Translations under genes and position numbers: made by a program | The notes under the pieces: model-generated | What the model was told of the DNA's origin: nothing | Databases searched by the model: none | The model's input: only the letters and a program-made list of their open reading frames with translations | Shown: in pieces, positions 1-8,111 of the stretch | How the letters are laid out: every line of letters begins with the position of its first letter | Position numbering within the stretch: the stretch's first letter is position 1 | Assembly (NCBI GenBank): GCA_027031765.1 | Contig: JALVPN010000107.1 | Location: 1-13,392 of the forward strand | DNA from: Promethearchaeota archaeon | Lineage (GTDB): Archaea > Asgardarchaeota > Thorarchaeia > Thorarchaeales > Thorarchaeaceae | Direction: 5' to 3' | DNA length: 13,392 bases

Positions 1-113
1 CGGCAGGACGGGGGGAAAAATGGGGGTGCGGCGGCCGGACGGTGCACCGGACAGGAGGACATGGGGTGCAGTGGTGACAGCCCTGACGACAGGTCGTGGC
101 GCCGGGGCCGCAC

Positions 114-431
114 TCAGACCCACTCGTCCATGTCTGGCGTCTTGACCTCCAGGTCACCTACAGAGAAGTCGAGGTGCTCACGCTCGCAGAAGTTGAGAAT
201 CCTGTACATGAGCTTGCTGTCCATCTCGTAGACGAGTTCACCGGTGGCGGCCGAGCAGCTGACCATGATCTCGTTGTCCTTCTCGGAGACTATCTCGACA
301 CTGAACTCGTTGCCGAGGACCTCCTTGCCGAGATTGAGCACGGCACTGCGTATCTCGGCTGCACCAAGGTGGAGCTGGTGTCCAAAACGTGGTCTGAAAC
401 GGTATATCCGCCTGCTATACACCTCGCTCAT
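114..431 (-). CDS. Hypothetical protein, 105 aa (MSEVYSRRIY...DMDEWV)
   Basis: Protein-like composition. ATG at 431 is preceded by SD-like GGAGTGA and lies 17 nt after the stop of the upstream Lrp gene, so it is preferred over the ORF-track start at 467. TGA stop at 116-114. No family recognised. Confidence 0.6.
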   Translation of the reverse strand: MSEVYSRRIYRFRPRFGHQLHLGAAEIRSAVLNLGKEVLGNEFSVEIVSEKDNEIMVSCSAATGELVYEMDSKLMYRILNFCEREHLDFSVGDLEVKTPDMDEWV

Positions 432-448
432 GCAGGTGTCACTCCCGT

Positions 449-694
449 CTAACCTGTGGTGGCGCACACGTTTGTGACAGTGTCCTTGACACCGTCAATC
501 TTCCTGAGCTCGTCCACGACGAAGGAGCTGAGTGCCTCGGGGGTCTTGAACACGCCCTTTATCAGCAGGTCATATGCGCCGTAGATGATGTATGCCTCCT
601 CAACGGGCTCCATTGACTTGACAGCCTCGAGCACCGAGCGGGACTTGGCCGACTCGACCTTTGCCATGATGAACGCTGTAATCACGGTGGTCAC
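449..694 (-). CDS. Lrp/AsnC ligand-binding (RAM) domain protein without HTH
   Basis: 81 aa with the typical pattern ITAFIMAKVE...VEEAYIIYGAYDLLIK...LRKIDGVKDTVT. GTG start at 694 or 685; TAG stop. Confidence 0.8.
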   Translation of the reverse strand: MTTVITAFIMAKVESAKSRSVLEAVKSMEPVEEAYIIYGAYDLLIKGVFKTPEALSSFVVDELRKIDGVKDTVTNVCATTG

Positions 695-976
695 TCACAC
701 ACGCACTGACGGGAGTGCAGACACACGTACTGCATAAAACTCTAGCGCCGCGTACCATCTACCCACCCGGCCGCACCCACACCACCTCACACCCCAGGCA
801 TGGGGCCTGCTGGTCACGACCACGTTGACACGAGGGCCGCCATATATGATCCGGGGACTGCGGCCCCTATGCAGGCCCCAGCGGGGAGCGGTATTACGCT
901 GGGCCGAGGGAAACGGCATGCTGGCCGGGGTGGGCCAGCCCCAACGGTCCGGGGCGGTGCCGCCCCAATCAGGAAT

Positions 977-984
977 CTTAATAG
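977..984 (+). promoter_or_regulatory. Possible TATA box of the mvhDGA operon (CTTAATAG)
   Basis: AT-rich octamer in GC-rich DNA, about 47 nt upstream of GTG 1031. The same octamer recurs at 6914-6921. Position-based guess only. Confidence 0.3.
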
Positions 985-1030
985 GGCGTCTCTAAGCCCT
1001 GCCAAGCAGCCCAGAGGAGGCCAAAAGGCA

Positions 1031-1495
1031 GTGACGGCCACTACTCAGAGAGCAGCGTCGCGGACAAAGGCTAAGGAGCGGGCGCGCTTCGAGCCACGGA
1101 TTGTCGCCTTCTGTTGCAACTGGTGCTCATATGCGGGGGCCGACCTTGCGGGTACCAGCCGGATGCAGATGCCCCCGAACATCAGGATCATCCGGGTCAA
1201 CTGCACCGGCCGTATTGACCCGAGCTTCATCCTTGACGCTCTGTACGAGGGTGCGGACGGCGTACTGGTCTCAGGCTGTCATCCGGGGGACTGTCACTAC
1301 ACGAGTGGAAACCTCCGGATGCGTTCCCGGTACGTCCTCCTGAAGAGACTGCTCGAACAGGCCGGGATAGAGCCCGAAAGGGTGCACCTGCAGTGGGCGA
1401 GCGCAGCCGAGGGTGATGTGTTTGCCCAAGGGGTGACGGACATGGTCGAGCGGATACGCCGGCTGGGCCCGAACCCGGTGAGGAGGCGGAGATGA
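1031..1495 (+). CDS. mvhD: Methyl viologen-reducing (F420-non-reducing) hydrogenase subunit D, [2Fe-2S], Cys form
   Basis: Motifs PRIVAFCCNWCSYAGADLAG, RIIRVNCTGRID, GADGVLVSGCHPGDCHY, ERVHLQWASAAEG. Start set at GTG 1031 (GGAGG at 1016-1020). The ORF-track extension 800-1030 is low-complexity and probably non-coding. Confidence 0.92.
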   Translation: MTATTQRAASRTKAKERARFEPRIVAFCCNWCSYAGADLAGTSRMQMPPNIRIIRVNCTGRIDPSFILDALYEGADGVLVSGCHPGDCHYTSGNLRMRSRYVLLKRLLEQAGIEPERVHLQWASAAEGDVFAQGVTDMVERIRRLGPNPVRRRR

Positions 1496-1496
1496 G

Positions 1497-2408
1497 ATGA
1501 CCAAGAGGGCCGCTTTTGCACAGCTGTCATCGTGCTGGGGCTGCGACCAGTCCCTGGTCGACCTACACTTGAAACTGCTGGATGTCCTGCCGGAGCTTGA
1601 GATAGTGTACTGGCCCGCAGTCGTCGACTACAAGCTGAAGGACCTTGAGAACCTCCCAGACCGTTCCATCCACTTCGGGTTCGTGGAGGGCAGCTGTCGG
1701 ACGCGGGAGGACGAACACCTCCTTAGGACAATGCGTGCAAAGAGCAAGGTGCTTGTCGCATGGGGCTCGTGCTCATGCTACGGTGGTGTACAGGGCCTGG
1801 CCAACCAGTGGACACTGAAAGAACTGCTGGAACGCAAGTTCCTCAAGGCAGAGACCATCACTGATGGCAGGATTCCGGACGAGAACGTGCCCGGTTTCAA
1901 AGAGGACATACGGCCGAACCCGGACGTCGTGCCCTTCGACGTACTGCTCCCCGGGTGTCCGCCCACCAGCGACAACACAGCGGAGGCACTGTCGGCCCTC
2001 CTTGCAGGACAGCCCTTCGACCTCCCGGAGAAGACCGTGTGCGACCAGTGCCCAAAGGTGCGGGAGGAGAAGCATATCAAGGTCGTCCACAGGACGCACG
2101 AGGGGAAGGTCGACCCGGAACGCTGCCTCCTCGACCAGGGGTACCTGTGCCTCGGGTTTGCGACCATCGGGATGTGCGGTGCCCAGTGCCCCAGCGTGAA
2201 CACACCGTGCAAGGGGTGCTTCGGGCCTCCACCGGGGATAAAGGACCACGGGGCCAAGATCATCTCGGCACTCGGGGCCATCGCAGAGATGTCGCCAGAA
2301 GAGCTCAAGGAGGCGTTCCCTGACCCGCTGGGCTCGTTCTATTTCACGGACTATGCAGCATCGTACCTGTCACGACTGGTCGGGCACACCAAGGAGGAGG
2401 AACAATGA
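1497..2408 (+). CDS. mvhG: Group 3c-type [NiFe]-hydrogenase small subunit (MvhG/VhuG)
   Basis: Proximal cluster motifs SSCWGC, WGSC and PGCPP; distal Cys-rich part CDQC...CLLDQGYLCLG...CGAQCPSVNTPCKGCFGP. Starts 1 nt after the mvhD stop. Confidence 0.92.
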   Translation: MTKRAAFAQLSSCWGCDQSLVDLHLKLLDVLPELEIVYWPAVVDYKLKDLENLPDRSIHFGFVEGSCRTREDEHLLRTMRAKSKVLVAWGSCSCYGGVQGLANQWTLKELLERKFLKAETITDGRIPDENVPGFKEDIRPNPDVVPFDVLLPGCPPTSDNTAEALSALLAGQPFDLPEKTVCDQCPKVREEKHIKVVHRTHEGKVDPERCLLDQGYLCLGFATIGMCGAQCPSVNTPCKGCFGPPPGIKDHGAKIISALGAIAEMSPEELKEAFPDPLGSFYFTDYAASYLSRLVGHTKEEEQ

Positions 2409-3718
2409 CGGACGAGAGAGTGATAAGGGTCGAGCCGGTCACACGGCTTGAGGGGCACGGCGAGCTCACAATAAGACTCGGCACAGACGGCAAGGTCAGG
2501 GCTGTCCAGTTCAACGTCAGCTCGACACGCTTCTTTGAGAAGTTCCTTGAGGGTAGGTATGCGGAGGAGGCGCCACGGATAGCCCCACGGATATGTGGCA
2601 TATGTCCGGAGCCACACCACCTCGCGTCCGTGAAGGCGGTCGAGGCCGCATGGGGTGTGCACCCACCAGCACCAGCAGTCAAGCTCAGGCGCCTGTTGAT
2701 AAACGCCAAGCAGTATAGCAGCCACGCCCTCCACTTCTTCGCACTCGCAGCACCCGACTTCCTTGCCGGCCCACTGGGCGAGCCTGCCAAACGCAACGTG
2801 GTCGCAATAATCAAGGCGCTACCAGACGTCGGGAAGATGGCGTTGCAGGTGATGCAGTTCGGACAGGAGCTGGCTGCCGCGGTGGGTGGAAAGGCCATCC
2901 ACCCTGTGACAGCAGTGCCAGGCGGGATGATGAACCCGTTCTCCGAAGAGAAGAGGGACGAGTTCCTCAAGAGGGCAGAGCAGGCAATGGAGTGGACGGA
3001 GAGGACCCTCGACCTGGCAAAGAAGGTCGTCGAGGACTACTGGGACGTGGTCACCAAGTTCGCCGTCGTGCCCACGTACTACCTTGGGATGCACAACAAG
3101 GGCGCACTGGAGATCTACGACGGTAAGCTGCGGGTGATGAGCCCGGAGGGCGAGGTCGTGGAGGACTTCAACCCGAAGGACTACCGCAAGTACTATGGTG
3201 AGTATGTCCCTGACCACTCGTACGCCACCCACATATACTACCGGCCGGTGGGCTACCCGGAAGGCATCTGGCGCGCGAACAGCCTTGCACGCATCAACGT
3301 TGCTGACAGGATGGCAACACCCAGGGCACAGGAGGCACTGGAGGAGATGCGCGAGAGGCTCGGGAGGCCCATACATGCCACCTTCGCGTACCACTGGGCA
3401 CGGGTCATCGAGCTGGTGCAGGCGCTGGAAGAGATCACAGTCCTCCTGGAAGACCCTGACATTGTGAGCACGGATGTGAAGCTGTCGGACGTCGAGCCCA
3501 GACGGGGTGAGGGTGTGGGCTGTGTCGAGGCCCCACGGGGCACACTCGTACACAACTACTGGACTGACGAGCGTGGCATCATAACAAAGGCGAACCTTGT
3601 CGTTGCCACGAACAACAACATTGCCGGCATTGAGAAGAGCCTCCTCCAAGCTGCAAGGCAGGTGTTCGAGGAGCACGCACACGAGTCGTTCTCGCTCCCA
3701 AGACCGATGATACCATAG
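2405..3718 (+). CDS. mvhA: Group 3c-type [NiFe]-hydrogenase large subunit lacking the C-terminal L2 motif (VhuA-like)
   Basis: EPVTRLEGH, L1 motif PRICGICPEPHH (C64, C67), VEAPRGTLVHNY, ANLVVAT. ATGA overlap with the mvhG stop. Ends ...QVFEEHAHESFSLPRPMIP with TAG and no DPCxxC. Confidence 0.92.
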   Translation: MTDERVIRVEPVTRLEGHGELTIRLGTDGKVRAVQFNVSSTRFFEKFLEGRYAEEAPRIAPRICGICPEPHHLASVKAVEAAWGVHPPAPAVKLRRLLINAKQYSSHALHFFALAAPDFLAGPLGEPAKRNVVAIIKALPDVGKMALQVMQFGQELAAAVGGKAIHPVTAVPGGMMNPFSEEKRDEFLKRAEQAMEWTERTLDLAKKVVEDYWDVVTKFAVVPTYYLGMHNKGALEIYDGKLRVMSPEGEVVEDFNPKDYRKYYGEYVPDHSYATHIYYRPVGYPEGIWRANSLARINVADRMATPRAQEALEEMRERLGRPIHATFAYHWARVIELVQALEEITVLLEDPDIVSTDVKLSDVEPRRGEGVGCVEAPRGTLVHNYWTDERGIITKANLVVATNNNIAGIEKSLLQAARQVFEEHAHESFSLPRPMIP

Positions 3719-3860
3719 TCGGTACTACCGGTAGCCCACTGCGGGAGCACCCGTGTGTACAGGCACCCACCAGCGTGACCTGCACTCAGTACTGTCAGTT
3801 GTTTGTACGTGGCGGCGTCACCGCCCCCGGCCCTGGACACCACTGGTGGGTACCACTTGT

Positions 3861-6767
3861 TCACTCGATGAAGAGGGACACCCTGCCGGGGAGTGCCGAC
3901 TTGGCCTTTCCCTGTGGGTCGTATTCCGGGTCCTCAGAGTCGTGGACAACGACTTCCAGCCCCAGTTCACGGCTCATGTACGGTATGGACGCCCTGAGCG
4001 TGGCCATCTCGTCGGCCGCTGACGCAGAGTGCACCCACAGGCCGTTCTCCTTTGCAATCCGGTCGACAATGGCCTTGACCCTCTTCCCGTACTTGCGGAA
4101 CTCCTTGTTGGCCATGAGGTGCTTCATGATCACGCCGACGTTTATCTGCAGGCCCGCCTCCTCGATGCTGTTCATGGCCCTGAACATCCACTCGGGCGCC
4201 ACGTAGATGTGCACCATCTGTGGTGTCTTGCCCTTCAACAGGCTGAGGATTTCCCGGACATCCCGGATTGTCGACTCGACCACTTCGTGGGCGGCCTCAA
4301 CGGACGGGTCGACAAGCGCGTCGTCAGGACGTGGCCATGGGGCCAGTGACACGTAGCCCTCACGTCCCATGTGTTCCCACAGCTCCTCACAGATGTGGGG
4401 CATCATGGGGGCTGCCAGCCTGACCCACCTGTCACAGGCGTATGCCATTGCTGCAGGGAGTTCCTCGACCGGCACATCAGGGCGTTTCAGGTAGTGGTTG
4501 ACCACACGCAGCATCTCTGTGGTGACGGTGAGTGCGTAGTCCCGCAGTCTGAACGAGTCGAGGCTCTCGGTACTCACACGTACCAGTGTGTTGACCTTTG
4601 ACAGGAACCACCGGGTGACGGGTGATAGGGACGACGCATCACTGACCTCAGGTGCGGCGCCGGTGCCGTGTTCCCGTACGATCTCCGCAAACTGTCGCAG
4701 GCGGCTCCGCACTGTTGGCACGTCCTTCTCGCGCCAGTCCATGAGGGATGCCGGCTCGGCCGCAGAGACCGCATATGTGCGGTAGACATCAGCGCCGTAC
4801 TTCTTTGGTATCTCGACCAGTGGTATCACGTTCCCCTTGCTCTTCGACATCTTTGCGCCCTCCATGTTCACGTGCTCGTTGAGGCTGATGCACTTCAGCC
4901 AGTGCTCCTCGGGAAAGATTGCGACGTGGTGGAATATTGCGAAACTGAGGTGGTTGGTGATGTGAGAGGGCGCAGTGTGGCGCTGGTCATTGGGGTACCA
5001 GTACAGGAACTCCTGACGCATCCTCTCCAGCAGCTCAACAGGGACCCCCGTTTCCTCGGCCACCTCCTCCACCTTGCCGGTGCCCAGGAACACGTAGTCG
5101 AAGAAGGAGAGCGTCAGCTGTTCGGGCTTGAGGCCGTTGCTGGTGATGTGGTGTGAGATTGTATAGTACGCCATGTAGATTGTAGAGTCGGACAGTGACT
5201 CTATGATCCACTCCTCATCAAAGGGCAGTGGTGTCCCAATACCGCGCTTGCGGGCGCAGGGCCGCTGTGCCAGCCAGTCGAACGTGGCCTCGAACAGGTT
5301 CCTGAACACGGACGGGACAATGCACATGGAGTCCAGCGCCTTCCTTGCGGTCTCCTTCCAGCCGGGGCTGGTGTAGTCGAGGAACCACTGGCCAGCAAAG
5401 ACACCCACCTGGACATCAGTGCCACACTTGCAGACCACTGGCCGCTGGTCGGGCTCGTAGAACACATCGGCACGGTTGACTGAACGCAGCCACTTGACGA
5501 CCTCGTCCTTCACGTCCCGGATGTACCTGCCGGCGAACTGGCCACAGTTGTCCTTCATGACGCCCTCGTAGAACTCGGCCTTGTAGATCTCCTGGGTGGC
5601 GTCCTCAAGGGCCTCGGTGTCTACCTGTGACCGGATGCCGCGCTTCTCCACGGCGTCCTTGCCGGGGAACTCGCTGTACCCCTTGATGTCAATCATGCTT
5701 ATCATCTGGATACCACGCACCTCCTCGGGGTCGATGCCGTACTCCTTGAGCGGGGCCGGGTCGTCCCAGAGGTCGCGCAGGGCAATGTAGTCGAAAGGCG
5801 CGTGGCCTGGAACAGAGTACACGACACCGGTGGCATTGTCCGGGTCGACGAACTCTGCTGGCAGGACAAGCAGCTCGATGCTCTCATCGTGGACCGCGTG
5901 GAACCGTTTCCCCACCACCTCTGAGCCGGGGAACGTCTCCAGCACCTCCACGTCCTTGGCCTGGAGCCTCAGCTTCTCTGCTGCCGACTTGGACACCAGC
6001 CACTTCTCGCCGTTGACGCGTGCCCAGACGTACTCGGCAGTCGGGTGGATCCACATGTTGGTGATCCCGAACACGGTCTCAGGACGCAGGGTGGCCGGGA
6101 CAATGAAGCCGTCCTCAAAGGGGAACTTGATGGCGGTGAACTCCTTGACCTTGGCGTTGGCACCTTCCAGCAGGTCGTCCTCTCCAACAGGGTTGCCACA
6201 GTTGGGGCAGTACAGCAGTGGATAGTCGCCCTGCTTGATGTACCCCTTGTCCATGAACTTGTGGTACTGCCAGCGGATGAACTGGCTGTACGTGGCATCG
6301 CCCGTAGTGAACTTGCGCCGCCAGTCAATGCCGTAGCCCAGTGCCTTGAAGTCCGCAGAGATGGCGTCCGCGAAGAACTTGGCGGTCACCCACGGGTCGG
6401 TGAACTTGGCCAGCTGGGCCTCCACCTCCTCCTCGGTCTCAAGGTACAGGCGGAGGTCACGCTTGTACTGTTCGATTGCCTCAGGATCACCAGCCTTTAT
6501 GCGCTCGACCATGCCGAATATGGGTGTCCCGGTCATGTGCGACGCCATCGGGAAGAGCACGTTGTAACCGCACATCCTCTTGTAGCGTGCAATCAGGTCA
6601 CCGACCGTGTACGTCCGGCCATGGCCGATGTGAAGTGCTCCATTCGTGTACGGGTAGGGTACGGTCAGGAAGAACTTGGGCCGTGAGGGGTCCGGGTCGG
6701 CCTCGAATATACGGTCACGGGCCCAGCGTTCCTGCCACTTCTTCTCAATCTCAGCGAACTCACTCAT
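3861..6767 (-). CDS. leuS: Leucyl-tRNA synthetase, archaeal type
   Basis: PYPYTNGALHIGH (HIGH), KMSKSKGN, editing-domain motifs ATLRPETVFG and TGVVYSVPGHAPFDY, C-terminal KAKSALPGRVSLFIE. ATG 6767 with GAGG upstream is preferred over TTG 6776. Confidence 0.97.
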   Translation of the reverse strand: MSEFAEIEKKWQERWARDRIFEADPDPSRPKFFLTVPYPYTNGALHIGHGRTYTVGDLIARYKRMCGYNVLFPMASHMTGTPIFGMVERIKAGDPEAIEQYKRDLRLYLETEEEVEAQLAKFTDPWVTAKFFADAISADFKALGYGIDWRRKFTTGDATYSQFIRWQYHKFMDKGYIKQGDYPLLYCPNCGNPVGEDDLLEGANAKVKEFTAIKFPFEDGFIVPATLRPETVFGITNMWIHPTAEYVWARVNGEKWLVSKSAAEKLRLQAKDVEVLETFPGSEVVGKRFHAVHDESIELLVLPAEFVDPDNATGVVYSVPGHAPFDYIALRDLWDDPAPLKEYGIDPEEVRGIQMISMIDIKGYSEFPGKDAVEKRGIRSQVDTEALEDATQEIYKAEFYEGVMKDNCGQFAGRYIRDVKDEVVKWLRSVNRADVFYEPDQRPVVCKCGTDVQVGVFAGQWFLDYTSPGWKETARKALDSMCIVPSVFRNLFEATFDWLAQRPCARKRGIGTPLPFDEEWIIESLSDSTIYMAYYTISHHITSNGLKPEQLTLSFFDYVFLGTGKVEEVAEETGVPVELLERMRQEFLYWYPNDQRHTAPSHITNHLSFAIFHHVAIFPEEHWLKCISLNEHVNMEGAKMSKSKGNVIPLVEIPKKYGADVYRTYAVSAAEPASLMDWREKDVPTVRSRLRQFAEIVREHGTGAAPEVSDASSLSPVTRWFLSKVNTLVRVSTESLDSFRLRDYALTVTTEMLRVVNHYLKRPDVPVEELPAAMAYACDRWVRLAAPMMPHICEELWEHMGREGYVSLAPWPRPDDALVDPSVEAAHEVVESTIRDVREILSLLKGKTPQMVHIYVAPEWMFRAMNSIEEAGLQINVGVIMKHLMANKEFRKYGKRVKAIVDRIAKENGLWVHSASAADEMATLRASIPYMSRELGLEVVVHDSEDPEYDPQGKAKSALPGRVSLFIE

Positions 6768-6822
6768 TGTGGACAACCTCGAAAAGTACAGACCACGGGC
6801 GAGCCGGTGGTGGCGGCATGGC

Positions 6823-6828
6823 TATAAA
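6823..6828 (-). promoter_or_regulatory. Possible TATA box for leuS (TTTATA on minus strand)
   Basis: TTTATA about 56 nt upstream of ATG 6767. It also reads TATAAA on the plus strand, so orientation is uncertain. Confidence 0.35.
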
Positions 6829-7169
6829 GCAAACGCGTGTGCCACAGTCCCGTTCAGTGTCCGAGAACGCAATCCATCCTGGCTCACTCCGTAGACTGCT
6901 GCACTCAAACCGACTTAATAGCGCTGTGGTCAAACACCGTTGTCCTCAAGGTGTGTCACCGGACAACTGAGGGCAGGGGTCCGGGGCAGGACATGCCGTG
7001 AGAGGTGCTATGGGGTTGCGCGCCTCACTGCAGGTGGAGCGGAGCGGCCCGTCTGTTGTCGGGGGCGATGACCGGTCACAGGGGCGTCCCAGGTGGCACG
7101 CTGATGTGATACACCAGTTCATAACCACATGCGAGAAAGGAGGGGCACCGCCTGCGAGAGGACGATGGG

Positions 7170-8108
7170 ATGCCAACACCAGCGGTTGATGCGGTGGACA
7201 TAGACCCGAAGACTGGCACCACACTCGGATTCTACACTTTTGGCCATGACAGACCAGCTGTGTTCATAGTTGCAGCCATGAACGGTCATGCATCGACCTG
7301 TGTCTATACCGCATACCTTGTCATGAAACACCTCCGGGAAACTGAGAGGCTCATCGGCTCTGTTACTGTCGTCCCTGTCGCAAACCCTCTGGCCTTCCGC
7401 CTCGGGACCCACGTATCACCCTTGGACTCGCAAGACCTTGACACCACGTTCCCCGGTGACGAGAGGGGGAGTGTAACACAAAGGACGGCATGGGAGATCT
7501 GGCGGAGGGCCACGCAGGCGGACTACGTCCTCCACCTTGTCACCAAGACCAGTGCGTGTGTCAGTCACGCCTCCGGCCTCCACAGGGAATACATCCATGT
7601 CAGGAACCTCGCATCACAGGTGGCCCTGCCAGTGGTCACACAGGGTCATGGACGCAGGGGTGCACTCGTCACAGAAGCTGCACACGAGGGCATCCCCGCA
7701 TTGCAGATAGTGATGCGGGGTGGGGCGAGAGATGTGGACTCTCAGGCAGCGGTCGAGGTCAGGGAGGCGGTGCTGAACCTCATGAGGGCGTTGAGTGTGT
7801 TGCCCGGCCAAGCGATGGAGGTCTCAAGTGTGTTCACCCGGACATCCCAAGTGGTCAACGTCGACACCGAAGGGTTCTACGTACCTGTGGCCCGTCCGGG
7901 GGAGCATGTCACAGCCGGAGAAGTGATTGGGCGGGTCGAGGACAGGGGTGAGGTCATGTCACCGGAGACCGGCGTGTTGGTGTCTACCAGCCACATGCGC
8001 TATGTCTTTGAGGGGGACGAGGTCGCACGGGTCGCACCACCCATAGTCACGAGGGAGCCATATGTAACAGCCGACAGCACACCCGCGAGGCCAAGGAGGA
8101 AGTGGTGA
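7170..8108 (+). CDS. Succinylglutamate desuccinylase/aspartoacylase (M14-like) family protein, catalytically degenerate
   Basis: Scaffold motifs GSVTVVPVANPLAF and DLDTTFPGDERGSVTQRTA, plus a C-terminal barrel-sandwich-like segment (ARPGEHVTAGEVIGRV...SPETGVLV). Canonical HGDE, DLNR, DLH and catalytic Glu are all substituted. Confidence 0.75.
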   Translation: MPTPAVDAVDIDPKTGTTLGFYTFGHDRPAVFIVAAMNGHASTCVYTAYLVMKHLRETERLIGSVTVVPVANPLAFRLGTHVSPLDSQDLDTTFPGDERGSVTQRTAWEIWRRATQADYVLHLVTKTSACVSHASGLHREYIHVRNLASQVALPVVTQGHGRRGALVTEAAHEGIPALQIVMRGGARDVDSQAAVEVREAVLNLMRALSVLPGQAMEVSSVFTRTSQVVNVDTEGFYVPVARPGEHVTAGEVIGRVEDRGEVMSPETGVLVSTSHMRYVFEGDEVARVAPPIVTREPYVTADSTPARPRRKW

Positions 8109-8111
8109 GCG

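Noticed and set aside
16-20. T5 tract on the minus strand about 95 nt downstream of the 114..431 gene as a terminator
   Set aside because: Too short and unsupported to call.
800-1030. 77-aa N-terminal extension of MvhD in the ORF track
   Set aside because: Gly/Pro/Ala/Arg-rich with no MvhD similarity; an SD-preceded GTG at 1031 sits just before the conserved domain.
3719-3860. Possible vhuU ORF, frameshifted mvhA C-terminus or SECIS; also palindromes CTACCGGTAG (3725-3734) and GGCGG/CCGCC (3811-3825)
   Set aside because: No DP(C/U)xxC in any plus frame, no AUGA..AA..GA kink-turn hairpin found, and no in-frame TGA in the operon to serve. The short palindromes are expected at this GC content.
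6951-7109. Short plus-strand frame with in-frame TGA at 6999 (DMP*EVLWGCAPHC) and a SECIS-like hairpin ATGA...TGAT at 7068-7105
   Set aside because: The hairpin has a weak, bulged stem, lacks the apical AA and lies inside the putative frame rather than 3' of it. The peptide resembles no selenoprotein family I know. A SECIS covariance-model hit would reopen it.
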